From positions 73,470,001-73,534,000 of the forward strand of contig OX597831.1 of the NCBI GenBank assembly GCA_951406725.2: DNA of 64,000 nt, in the 5' to 3' direction. The position numbers and the translations under genes were made by a program. This DNA is from Octopus vulgaris (lineage: Eukaryota). Shown here piece by piece: positions 49,923-62,667 of this stretch. The stretch's first letter is position 1, and the number at the start of each line of letters is the position of its first letter. The notes under the pieces are model-generated. The model saw only the letters and a program-made list of their open reading frames with translations. It was not told where the DNA came from and made no database searches.

Positions 49923-52408
49923 GAAATTAAATTAAGGTTATTATTTTAAAAGCTAGTTTAAGAATAACAAGAGAATTTTTACTGAGATTTGAGTGAGGAT
50001 TATTGTCAACTTGAAAGTGATTGAGACTTGACAATATATATCTATTCGATTCTGTGTGTATCTGGTGATTGCTCCATCTTCACAGATAATTGCCATCTCC
50101 TCGTGCTTCCTTGTTGTCAATGGCATTTCTGACTTTCCATCCATGACCTCTCATAGGACTATACATTCCTGTTGCAGATCTGCATGGTTTGAAGCATAGG
50201 TGACAGCTGAAAGTCGTAACTTACTCGGCTCTTCCAAACGGTTTGAGTCTGCACCAGGCGTCACTCTTGCATCACCATAGGACTTTCTGTAGACGGAATG
50301 ACAAACGAGATCACCATAACGGAGTACAACTCTCTGAGTCTCTGTGATAAGTACCTGGTAACAGGCTGAGGTGAGATGAAATGAATAGTTATTACAGGAA
50401 ACTGGAAGGGTGCTGTGGCCACAGTTAGAGGTCCCTCATTGCCAGCAGTGGTCTTAGTGCACACCCACCAAAAATATTTCTACATCCCCTTGCTCAGATG
50501 GAATGTTATCACATTTGCCATTTAACTCACAGCTGGGACCCAGACATGTGCTATGACTCCCGGCCAGACTCTTCAAACCCTGCATGCTGGCATGGCAGGC
50601 CGGTTAAAAAGTTCACTTCTTGGCCCCATAGTAGTTTTGAGTTCAGTCCCACTGCACAGCATCTTGGGCAAGTGTCTCCTACTATAGCCCTGGGCCAACC
50701 AAGGCCTTTGTCAGTGGGTTTGGAAGACTGAAACCGAAAGAATCCCACCATGTACGAGTTTATCTCTGCTTGTCTTGACATCATGTGACACTTGTAAACA
50801 AGTGCCACCGTTATACAAGTGGTGTCTTTGGTTAAAATATGTCTGACTGCAAAAAATCTGTTTCAACAAATTCCATCCATTCGAAAGCATGGAATAAGTG
50901 GATGTTAAGAACTATGATGACACCCAGCCCCACCTTCAATACTGACACCATACTGACACCAATGAAGGACACTATAGTCACAATACTGAACAATTTTCTA
51001 AAACCAAGAAAACCAACATAAACAGTGTTACTGCAGCCAATGGGATTTGAACCAGAGTCAGGTCGATCAAGGTTACTTAACCACAAAATCAACACAAATA
51101 AATGAATAAGCCCTTTCTTTCAGCCCCTTCTACCCACAAACCTTGAGATGGCAAAGGACCAGGATCTCTGGTGATGAGAGGTTATCAAAAAGACCCTGCC
51201 TCCCCTACTCCACAAAATTCAGTTGTGGAATTGCTGTTTCTGGTTCTCCCAACATTGCACTGATAATGATGATAATGTAGAGGATTCCTTTCTGAGGAGA
51301 CATCATCCTCTTTGGATTTAGAGGAATCCCTGTGGGTTTGTGTGGGGCAGGGTAGTGTCAGTATTGAAGGTGGGGCTGGGTATCATCATAGTTCTTAACA
51401 CACACTCTCATCACCATCAATAAATGTCTGTTTTCCATGCTGGCATGGGTTCGTTTGACTGGAACCGGTAAGCTGCACCAGGTTCCAGTCTGATTTTGGT
51501 TCGGTTTCTATGGCTGGATGCCCTTCCTAACACCAACTTCTACAAGAGAATAGTGGGTGCCTTTTCACGTGTCACCGGCACAGGTGCCATTTATGTGTCA
51601 CTGTCGCAGTTAATATAAATACCAAAATATTTAAGGGGGATGTAAGTCTTTCTTATTTTGGCACAATGCTTGCAACTTTTGAGGGGAGAGGGACAAGGTC
51701 AATTACACAGACCCCAGCACTTGGCTGGTCCTTTATTTATTGACTCCAAAAGGAAAAAAAGACAAAGTTGGCCTCAGTGGAATTTCAGTTCAGAACATAA
51801 GTGCCATAAAAAAAAAAAACTGCCAAGCATTTTGCTGTCTTTGGGACTTTCTAACAATTCTTCCAGTTCATTGCCATTTTAAGGTGGTGGAGGAGGAAGA
51901 GAGAGGGCACTATTACAGTAAGTCTAAATAAGATCTATATAAGAGTGAACTTCAAATAAAGAACTTCTCTGGGTTTGGAGACAGGGAATTTACCCCTCCT
52001 CCCACTTTCCCCAAAGAATTCTCTGTCCACCCTCTAACCTTCTTTGATTTAAAACATGTCACTTAATGTTGAGTTAAGGCCCACCCAGTAAGTAGATGGA
52101 AGGGTGACTTAAGCTTGTGATTATATAAAGACAGTGGAAGCAAAGTCTTAGAAAGACAGAAAAGAAAACCAAAAAAAAAAAAAATAACCCAACAAAACAG
52201 CATTCTTCAGTGACATGGGAAATGAGATAAAATATATGTAAAAAAAAAAAATCGAAGAAAAAATAGAATAAAAATGGAACCAGTCTGTTGCAGAAGAAAA
52301 ATATATTTGAAGAATAACAGACTTATTTCTTTGGAGAAAAACCAAAAAGAAACTTTGTCAGAGCCAGGGAATATAGAATGACAAGTCTTATCTTTGTGTA
52401 TGTGTATG

Positions 52409-52630
52409 TGGCAGAAACGTTAGCACGCAGGGGCGAAATGCTTAGCGGTATTTCGTCTGCGTTATGTTGTGAGTTCGAATTCCGCCGAGGTCGACTTTGC
52501 CTTTCATCCTTTCGGGGTCGATAAATTAAGTACCAGTTACGCACTGGGGTCGATGTAATCGACTTAATACCTATGTCTGTCCTTGTTTGTCTCCTCTATG
52601 TTTAGCCCCTTGTGGGTAATAAAGAAATAG
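52409..52630 (+). mobile_element. SINE family B
   Basis: TGGCAGAAACGTTAGC...GAGTTCGAATTCCGCC...GCCCCTTGTGGGTAATAAAGAAATA. Confidence 0.9.
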
Positions 52631-54167
52631 GTTATACACACACACACACACACACACACAGAGTCTTAGTTGTCTTGTTTTTTTTAAATAAATTCCAAAG
52701 GGATAAAAGTCAATGTCCAGTGAGATCCTTATGCAGCCACCTTCGTTATGAAGTCCTAGAAAAAGATCCAAGTATTTATACACATATATGTGTGTGTGTG
52801 TGTGTGAGTGTAATAATTAAAAAAAAAACCTTTGTTGAGCAATGAAAAATTTAGTTTGGAACACAAACACACACACACACACATGTATTACACCTTTTGT
52901 TGCATGGTTGCAGTCTTGACTGCAGTAATCTCACTGCAGTACAATCGTTGCTGTAGACACCATGCAGAATGTCTAAATGCACACAATAATACCTAGATGA
53001 CAGTAAACCAGTGAGAAACATCAGAGAAGACAGCACACAGCACAAGAATCAATAATGTCATGTATATGGAAACATATTTACTAGTTTGACTGTGAAGAAA
53101 CTGGTTGAAATGAGAGAGAGAGGGGGGAGAGAGAGAAAGGGAGGGAGAGAGAGGGAGAGAGAGAGGGAGAGAGAAGTTCTAGATTTACTGGAGTCTTGTA
53201 CCCTCAGTCACTTAAACACCACAGATACTAGGTTCCGCTCAGACACTCGAGTCAGACTTTTAACCATCCATGCCCACCAAAGGCAGTGAACTGGTAGAGT
53301 GGTTAGTTAGAGCAGTGGATAAGATGACTGATAGGATTTGTAGCAAGTCTCTGAATTCTGAGTTCAAATCCCACTGAAGTCAACTTTGCTTTCCATCTTG
53401 TCAAAGTCAACAAAAAAAAAAAAGTACCAACCGAGAGAGGTGGAACTGTAAGAAGGGTGGGTGAGATGCCTTGTGGTGTTGGTCCCAGTTCTTTACATTT
53501 TGCCAGCAGCAACACTGGTGCCAAGCCATACCATTCCAAAATCAGAGTCCTTTCATCATCATCATTATTTAGCACTCACTTTCCATGCTGGCATGAGTTG
53601 GATGGTCTGACAGGAGCTGGCAAGGCCAGGGACACACACCAGGCTCCATTGCTTGCTTTGGTATGGTTTCTATGGTTGAATGCTCTTCCTAATGCCAACC
53701 CCTTTACAGAGTGCGCTGGTTGCTTTTAACGTGGCACCAGCACAGGTGCTTTCTCTAGGAGAAGCATCAGTGATATGGAGAAGGGACATGTTGCATGGGG
53801 AGGGGGTTTCTTGAGGGTTGCATGGGGGGGGGGAGCAGTTCTTGAGGGTCAAATCACACAATCCATACAACCAAAGTAGTTCTTGGATTACATAATTACA
53901 TATCCGCAAGGGGTTACTTTCCTAATAATAGGACCAGTACACTTTTTCCTTTTGTTACAAGTCCCTTACAGCAAGGATCTGTGCTGCTGTGCCCCTCAAC
54001 TCCTGACTCTGAAAGGAGCCTCCATACAGTCAGTCCATTTGATAGATATAGTAGCTTACAATCTCCTCTCAATCACATCTTACTGTCTTCAAAAATCCAG
54101 AATAAGACAGGATGGCCATGACTGGAACATCCTACTGTCTTCAATAACCCTAACACTAATGATGATC

Positions 54168-54390
54168 TACTCTTTTACTCTCTCTTTTACTCTTTTACTT
54201 GTTTCAGTCATTTGACTGCGGCCATGCTGGAGCACTGCCTTTAGTCGAGCAAATCGACCCCGGGACTTATTCTTTGTAAGCCCTGTACATATTCTATCGG
54301 TCTCTTTTGCCGAACCGCTAAGTGACGGGGACGTTAACACACCAGCATCGGTTGTCAAGCAATGCAAGGGGGACAAACACAGACACACAA

Positions 54391-54424
<34 letters not shown>

Positions 54425-54586
54425 GACAGGCTTCTTTCAGTTTCCGTCTACCAAATCCACTCACAAGGCATTGGTCGGCCCGGGGCTATAGCAGAAGACA
54501 CTTGCCCAAGATGCCACGCAGTGGGACTGAACCCGGAACCATGTGGTTGGTTAGCAAGCTACTTACCACACAGCCACTCCTGCGCC
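54168..54586 (-). mobile_element. SINE family A, full length
   Basis: Reverse-complement copy. Confidence 0.92.
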
Positions 54587-55809
54587 AGATTAAGACTGAC
54601 ACAAGGAATGGAAAACAAAAGGAAGCATCAGAGAGTGTAATCCTAGATACACTATGGCCGGAATAAAAGACAAAACGGTCATGGCTGGAAGATCTTTGAT
54701 CACTGATCTGCTGGGTCTTTGGTCCGACCTAGGGTTAAATATCATTCACAACATCACACACAGATCAGTAAGTTAGGATATTTCTGGAGGGAAGGTCATG
54801 ATGGGTTGTTCTGGCAGGGGTTGGGGTTACATGTTGTTTACAATGACAATCATTGATCAGGAATGTAAACACATGTAATGTGTGTGTGTGTGTGTGAGTG
54901 AGAGAAAGTGTATATGTGAATGTGCATGTGTGTGTGTGTGTGTGAGAGAGAGAGGGAGAGCAGGAGAAAGAGTATGTGTGTGTATGTGTGTGTGCATACT
55001 GCACTTACAATATATGTATTGCAGGCACAGACACAATATTCCAGAGAACAGTACCACCACCACCACCACCACCACCACCACCACCATTAGTATTATTGCT
55101 GCTTGCTGCTGCTGCTGCTGCTACTACTACTGCACTGTGAACTAAGGAAGACAAACTGGGTTCAGAGAAGATATTAACAGATAAAAAAAAGTATTTCTTT
55201 TAGGGGCTGACATCTCTTGTTGTTGTTGTTGGTGGCGGTGGTGGCTGACTACTTTGTTTTTAATGGGGTGTGGCCCATAAGTGTTTGTTTACACACATAT
55301 ACACGCGTGTGTGTGTGTGTGTGTAAATTTCACCCTGAAGTTGTCTGACAAATACATTACTGTATACACGATATGATATCGTAGTTGTATATAGAATGGA
55401 GTGTGAGGCGGTTGGAGGGCCACATGTGGAACATTTTGGAGTGGAAATATAATGGAGGAAAATAGTGAATTGATAGAATTTGGCTGTGGTAAGAAGTTTG
55501 CTTTCCAACCACAGGGTTTTAGGTTCAAACATACTGGGTGGCACCTTGGACAAGTGTCTTCTAGGCTGACCAAAGCCTTGCGAGTGGATTTGGTAGATGG
55601 AAACTAACAGAAAACCCATCATATGTATATATATATGTAATCCAAGGACTGGGCCTGGTGCAGCCACTGGGTCTGGTGCAGCCTTCTGGCTTCCCAGACC
55701 CCAGTTGAACCGTCCAACCCATGGAAAGCGGACGCTAAACGACGATGATGATATATATATATATTTAAAAAAGGAGATGTGGAACACGAGTTGTGATATA
55801 TAAAAAAAA

Positions 55810-56087
55810 GAAATGAAGAAAATGCTGACAAAATAATTTAAGTAAGGGAGAGTGTATTTAATTAGGTGAAAGTTCTTTTTACCGGTTGCGCATTTGTTAT
55901 GCTTATTAAAAGATATTTTTTTAAGAGAGATAGAGTTCCTTTCTGATAGATTTTTTTGGAACTCTATCTCTCTTAAAAAAATATCTTTTGATAAGCATAA
56001 CAAATGCGCAACTGGTAAAAAGAACTTTCACCTAATTAAATACACTCTTCTTTACTTAAATTATTTTGTCAGCATTTTCTTCATTTC
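55810..56087. repeat. long inverted repeat (130-bp arms, 18-nt spacer)
   Basis: 55810-55939 is the reverse complement of 55958-56087 with 4 mismatches by my count. Confidence 0.93.
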
Positions 56088-56092
56088 CTTTA

Positions 56093-56144
<52 letters not shown>

Positions 56145-56151
<7 letters not shown>

Positions 56152-56287
56152 GTTACTGGTTTTATCAGAATGGGTTAAAATACCATCCTTACCCTTAGAG
56201 TTCTTATTAGTTCCTTTAACCTCATAAGAATTCTTAAGGGTAAGGATGGTATTTTAACCCATTCTGATAAAACCAGTAACATTTATA
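56145..56287. repeat. second inverted repeat (53-bp perfect arms)
   Basis: 56145-56197 is the exact reverse complement of 56235-56287; pairing extends inward via GAGTTCTTAT/ATAAGAATTC. Confidence 0.93.
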
Positions 56288-56320
56288 ATATTGACAGCCT
56301 CACATACCATGAACTATTGC

Positions 56321-56354
<34 letters not shown>

Positions 56355-56702
56355 ACACATACACAAATATATATGTAAATGATGTAAAGAAATAGAGATT
56401 TGGAATCTGGGCAGGTACCTTATTAGCACTCTGACACAATCCAGATATGGCTAACCACACCGAATGATAGGGAACATACAGAATTGTTAAAAGATAAACA
56501 CTTAAATGGTACTTCACTTAATAAGCAAAATCCTGAGTTTGTTTCATTAGATTTCATACAGCAAACCCAAGAATATAATCAAGACATCACAAATGAAAGC
56601 GGAGAATTAGACATCTTCAAAGTTAGCGTGTGTGTGTGTGTGTGTGTGTGTGTTAATGTCTCTTTGCCTTGATATTGTTTGCAATACACAGATATTGTTT
56701 TG

Positions 56703-56888
56703 AGCTGAGTAGGGATGCTAGATTCCCTTATTCGAAAATATAAGGACACAGATCATGTTGTGTCTCCTGGGGCTAAATTACAGCAACATTCATCCTAAAC
56801 CAGGACTGCCATGTTATGTTGGTAAACAATCTTTACTACAAAGTACTGTTGCTGAATATCTCTCATTGTGAGATTTAAAAATAGTAAC
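56703..56888 (+). mobile_element. second copy of the structured element at 31875-32072
   Basis: GGGATGCTAGATTCCC...AAATATAAGGACACAG...GGCTAAATTACAGCAACATTC...GAGATTTAAAAATAGTAA. Confidence 0.75.
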
Positions 56889-57578
56889 TTTCTAATTGTT
56901 AGATGGTGTCTGCCACCTCTGGTCTTTCTTGAAGACATGTCTGGCCGTGGGGGGAAATATTACCCAACTTGGAAACAGGTAAAGGTTGACGGTTGGAAGG
57001 GCATCCAGCTGTGGAAGAAATCTCTGCCATGATAAATAAATCCTGTCTGGTCCTATGAGAGTAAGAAAAATGGATGTTCAAATGATGATAGACACACATA
57101 CACAGGATTGTGTGTGCGTCAAGACATACCATTGTCAAACCATCAAATAACAACAAAAACATAACTCCCCCTCCCCTACAATGGAAAATAGCATCACCCC
57201 CACCAACCCCCCCCACTTTTAAAAAGATGTAGTGTAGTGGGGAGGGGCAGAGAGAGATAGAGAGAGGGGGAGGGGGGAATAATACCACCACCACCACCAC
57301 CAATGTCATGTGACAGCTCATCTCTCATTCATTCATTCAGGAATGTTATGGTTACATAAATGGGTTGGCTGCTGACAGTGCTGCTGCAATTGTAATGTGC
57401 AGACGTGTAAGCTGCACTCCGCAGCATGTGCGACTGTCTGACTAACAACAGTCACAGACGTTGCTTACTGTGGCTGTTGCTCACACACACACACACACAC
57501 ACACATTACTTGACTGAGTGTATGGGAGAACCATGTGTGTGTGCGCCTGCATGTGTGTCTATTCATATATTCAATGTC

Positions 57579-57619
<41 letters not shown>

Positions 57620-57709
57620 CTCCGGCTTGTTCCAGTGACAGGACCATGACTATTCTGGTGTTATTCAATGTTGAAAGATTTCCTCAAATAAACTGACCAC
57701 AACATTAAT

Positions 57710-58168
57710 GTTTAAGTCTTATGCTTATTCTGTTGGTCACTTTTGCTAAGTTATAGGGATGTAAACAAACCAATACTCATTGTCAAATGGTGTGTGTGAA
57801 CAACACACACACACACACAATGGGCTTCCTCACAGTCTCCATTTACCAAATTCACACACCAACAATTGGTTGGTGTGGGACTATAACAGAAGACACTGCC
57901 CCAAGGTGCTGTGCAGTAGGACTGAACCCAAGACCAAATGATTGCCAAGTGAGTTTCTTAATCACACAGCCAGGCATAAACCTTTTTATATATACATCTA
58001 CATATAGGCACAAGGGGTGGCTGTGTGGTAAGAAGCTTGCTTCGCAACCACATGGTTCTGGGTCCAGTTCCATTACGTGGCACCTTGGGCAAGTGTCTTC
58101 TACTATAGCCTCGAGCCAACCAAAGCCTTGTGAGTGGATTTGGTAGACGGAAACTGAAAGAATCCCAT

Positions 58169-58200
<32 letters not shown>

Positions 58201-58466
58201 TATGTGTGTGTGTATGTATGTGTATATATGTATGTATGTGTGTGTTAGTGTATGTGTGTGTATATGTTTGCGTGTGCTTGTCCCTCCCAACATCACTTGA
58301 CAACCGATGTTGGTGTGTTTATGTCCCCATAACTTAGTGGTTCAGCAAAAGAGACTGATAGAATAAGTACTAGGCTCACAAAGAAGAAGTCCTGGGGGTG
58401 AATTTGTTTGACTAAAGGCAATGCTCCAGCCTGACCGCAGTCAAATAGCTGAAACACGTAAAAGAA
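57710..58466. mobile_element. head-to-head SINE A pair (minus 57710-57975 diverged; plus 58006-58466)
   Basis: Family motifs in opposite orientations about 30 bp apart. Confidence 0.8.
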
Positions 58467-59332
58467 TATACACGTCATCATTTATGGGTTGGACAGTTTG
58501 GCAGGAGCTGACAAGGCTAGGGTCCGCATTAGGTTCTTTTATTTTAGTAGGGTTCCCACAAGTGGATGCCCTTCCTAACATCAACCACTTTACAAACGGT
58601 CCTGGGTGATTTTTACATGGCACAATCACCAGTCTCCCATGTGGCACCTGCACTGGTGCTTTCATGTGGTAGAAGATGACAAATCACTGGAATCGTTACA
58701 TTGTCAGATTGTCTAGTTCTGACTGTCTGTACTTTGAGTTCAATCCTGGCCCAGGTCAACTTTGCCTTTCATATACTGAGGGTTGGGATGGTAAAGGTCG
58801 CTGAATTAAGGATCACACTAGTCTGGTGAATTGGTGAAAAAAACTTGGCCAATATAACATATACGCACAAGTGTTTAGTGGCATTAGTTAATCACACTTA
58901 TACAAATTATATTTTATATATATACATAAATATATACATACATACACAGTCAGGGATATATATATAAATATATATATATATATACACACACACATATATA
59001 TGAAAAATTTAACAAAGATACAAAATTTTAGAAAAGCATAAACAGAAAATTCATAGCTTATTCCCTCATCAGTCAACATACAAAAGATCATTGCAGTTTC
59101 ACACCTGTATAGCAGCACATATATAAACAGGGCAAAACTAGATATTTCTCCATAGAATAAAAGGGAATGATGAATAAGCTTAATTGATTCTTGAACCTTT
59201 GGGACTCTCATCAGTGGTGTCTATAACCAATTTGACCAATTCCAGAGAAACAAACAGCCAATCCATTTATATGTCCAACAATTCTAGTAGCTACATAAAA
59301 CTGGGGTTACTAACTTGCATACCTTAAATGTT

Positions 59333-59709
59333 CTTTCTTTTTCTTTTATTCTTTTATTTGTTTCAGTCATTTGACTGCGGCCATGCTGGAGCACCGCCTT
59401 TAGTCGAGCAAATCGATCCCGGGACTTATTCTTTGTAAGCCCAGTACTTATTCTATCGGTCCCTTTTTGCCAAACCGATAAGTGACGGGGACGTAAACAC
59501 ACGAGCATCGGTTGTCAAGCAATGCTAGGGGGACAAACACATACATATATATATATATATATATACATATATATGACAGGCTTCTTTCAGTTTCCATCTA
59601 CCAAATCCACTCACAAGGCATTGGTCGGCCCGGGGCTATAGCAGTGGGACTGAACCCGGAACCATGTGGTTGGTTAGCAAGCTACTTACCACACAGCCAC
59701 TCCTGCACC
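59333..59709 (-). mobile_element. SINE family A with a small internal deletion
   Basis: GCTATAGCAG joined directly to TGGGACTGAAC (GCAG microhomology). Confidence 0.88.
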
Positions 59710-59822
59710 TATGTTAACATGCTTTTTTTTAATACCAGGGGTCTGTCAGTGGGGACCTCAGTCGACACAGTATCAAGGGATGATATATCTAGCTTATGTT
59801 CTAGATATAGAAACGGGGCATG

Positions 59823-59853
<31 letters not shown>

Positions 59854-61354
59854 ATGACATGAGTTATGTTAAGAACATTGGAGACAATCCTTGCCATTTC
59901 TGGACGTAGGACCATAAAGACCCAGACACTCCCAGACAATCGGATCCAGTACCATATTGTTGTTGTTTAGGCTTAGGTCAGTTCTGATTAAGTAACCCCG
60001 TTCCATTCCAGTCATGACCATCCTATCTTTACTTTCCAAGCATTGTACATCTCGGACTCCATTACGTAGAGTGTCTTTTCCTCTGTTTAAGACAATAGGA
60101 TGTGATTTGAGGAAGAACTGGCTGCCATTTCTAGCAGATTCAGTCATCCCAGAGGGATGCTGTTGTTGGTTCATGGAATCTTGTTGTTACAAATAGCACG
60201 ATGTCCAAATAAGGAATAATTTCCCAGTAGCACGAAACAGCAGAAAATGAAGATTGACAATCGAGGAGGAGGAAGAGGAGGAGGTCTTGGGGGGGTGCTT
60301 GACATCTTTGAACACACACACAGAAGACCCTTCGTCCATTCCCATCCCCCCCCCACCAGACGAGAGACAAAGACAGAAGCAATGAGGAATAATCAGACGA
60401 CAGTGTGTGTGCATGCATGCGTGCATGTATGAAGCATATGTGCATGTGTACGTGCATGTGTGTGTGTGTGTGTGTGTGTGACAGGAGTTGCAGGAACAAG
60501 ATGCAAACGTCCACAGGCTATTGGTCAAGGACTTTAACCTTTATTCACAGTATCATTGTTGACAACCATTCAACGAATGTTTGAATGTCCACCATCCTCC
60601 GGTCTGTTGACATTTTACTGCGATTTAATGGTGTTTTGTTAACTTTGGTCTGCTTCTTCCAAATGAGAAACACACACACCACACACACACAAACACAAGG
60701 TGATACAGATTTTGTGCATATTTCTCTTTCTATGTACACACACAACATACATGCACACAAACACACAAGATAAACAGATTTTGTGTGCTTCAGTACATAT
60801 CTATGGCTATACCTACAAGCCTGTATATATATATATATAGATACACACACATATAAATAAATATATATATATATATATATATGTATGTAGGCACACATAC
60901 GCACAGTCACACATGCAATCCCCGCTCGTTCTATACACACACACGTACAAGAGCATAAGTGCAGTCAATGCTTATAATCCAAATTTCCTTCGTTAGCGCA
61001 GCAGTGTGGGTGCAGACACAGAGCACGTCATAAGGGGAGTGCACGGGTATACAGGGTGCAACTTTCGGGTATGTGGGGGTAGATGGGGGTGGTGGTGGTG
61101 ATGGAGTAGAGCTGCACAGAGGGGAAGTAAGTGGGTGTGTAGGTGGAAGCAGTATGGGTGATGGATGTAGGTTAGATTTCATTAACTTTAACATTTCCAT
61201 AAGGTTAGGGCCACTGTCGTCACGGTTGAGTGGGTTTTCTTAGTGCTAACCCTTCAACTGTAAACTAACTCAGTTGTTTGTCAGCTGAAGTGGATCTTGC
61301 CGAGGGTCACCACATAAGGTCTCATTATAGCAGTATTAAGTGATGGACATGTTT

Positions 61355-61389
<35 letters not shown>

Positions 61390-61390
<1 letters not shown>

Positions 61391-61760
61391 GTGTAGGAGT
61401 GGCTAGTGGGTAAGAGGCTTGCTTACCAACAACATGGTTCTGGGTTCAGTCCCACTGTGTGGCATCTTGGGCAAGTGTCTTCTACTATAGCTTTGGGTTG
61501 ACCAAAGCCTTGTGAGTGGATTTGGTAGACGGAAACTGAAAGAAGCCCATCACATACATATATGTATTTGCGTGTGTGTGTCCCACCATCGCTTGACAAC
61601 CGATGTTGGTGTGTTTACGCCACCGTAACTTAGCAGTCCCACAAAAGAGACCAACAGAGTAAGCACTAGGCTTACAAAAGAATAAGTCCTGGGGTTGATT
61701 TGTTTGATTAAGGGCAGTGCTCCAGCATGGCCACAGTCAAATGACTAAAACAAGTAAAAA
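61390..61760 (+). mobile_element. SINE family A
   Basis: All motifs present. Confidence 0.88.
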
Positions 61761-62012
61761 AATATATGTATATACAAATACTGGAATACCAGTGTGTGTG
61801 TGTGTGTGTGTGTGTCTATTGTAGGTTCATGTTATAGTCATTGTTGCATTTTCTATAACCTCATGGCTCACAAAGAGGGATTGGTAAAATAAATATTGGG
61901 GTGGTTATGATCCACTGAAACTCCTTGACGGTACTGCTCCAGCATGACCACTAACCAATGCTCACACAACACTACATTACATTGCAGTCTAATACAGCAC
62001 CTGTGGTAAGAG

Positions 62013-62651
62013 TAGTTGCTACATGCATAGCTATAACGACATGTGGCACAACAAGGCTAAATACATAGTTGTACATGCATAGCTACAATGACATGTGGCA
62101 CGATATGGCTAAATACATAGTTGCTACATGCATAGCTACAATGACATGTGGCACATCATGGCTAAATACATAGTTGCTACATGCATAGCTACAATGACAT
62201 GTGGCACGATATGGCTAAATACATAGTTGCTACATGCATAGCTATAACGACATGTGGCACAACAAGGCTAAATACATAGTTGTTACATGCATAGCTACAA
62301 TGACATGTGGCACGACATGGCTAAATACAGGTGACCATGCATAGCTACAATGACATGTGGCACGATATGGCTAAATACATAGTTGCTACATGCATAGCTA
62401 CAATGACATGTGGCACGATATGGCTAAATACATAGTTGCTACATGCATAGCTACAATGACATGTGGCACATCATGGCTAAATACATAGTTGCTACATGCA
62501 TAGCTACAATGACATGTGGCACGATATGGCTAAATACATAGTTGCTACATGCATAGCTACAATGACATGTGGCACATCATGGCTAAATACATAGTTGCTA
62601 CATGCATAGCTACAATGACATGTGGCACGATATGGCTAAATACAGGTGACC
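62013..62651. repeat. 53-bp minisatellite, 12 units
   Basis: Unit TAGTTGCTACATGCATAGCTACAATGACATGTGGCACGATATGGCTAAATACA with a few recurring variants. Confidence 0.95.
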
Positions 62652-62667
62652 AGGGAGATTGTTTGGA

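Noticed and set aside
50903-51400. MITE defined by 46-bp TIRs
   Set aside because: No TSD, and the left arm overlaps another repeat's tail; kept only as a rearrangement scar.
55260-56003. 247-aa ORF on the minus strand
   Set aside because: Runs through a palindrome arm, family C and SINE A fragments; a chance open frame.
60545-60660. Small ORF MSTDRRMVDIQTFVEWLSTMIL on the minus strand followed by AATAAA
   Set aside because: Only 22 codons, no recognisable homology and no clear splice or promoter support.
62013-62651. CRISPR-like array
   Set aside because: No unique spacers (the variable part is ~5 nt and recurs), no cas genes, eukaryotic context.
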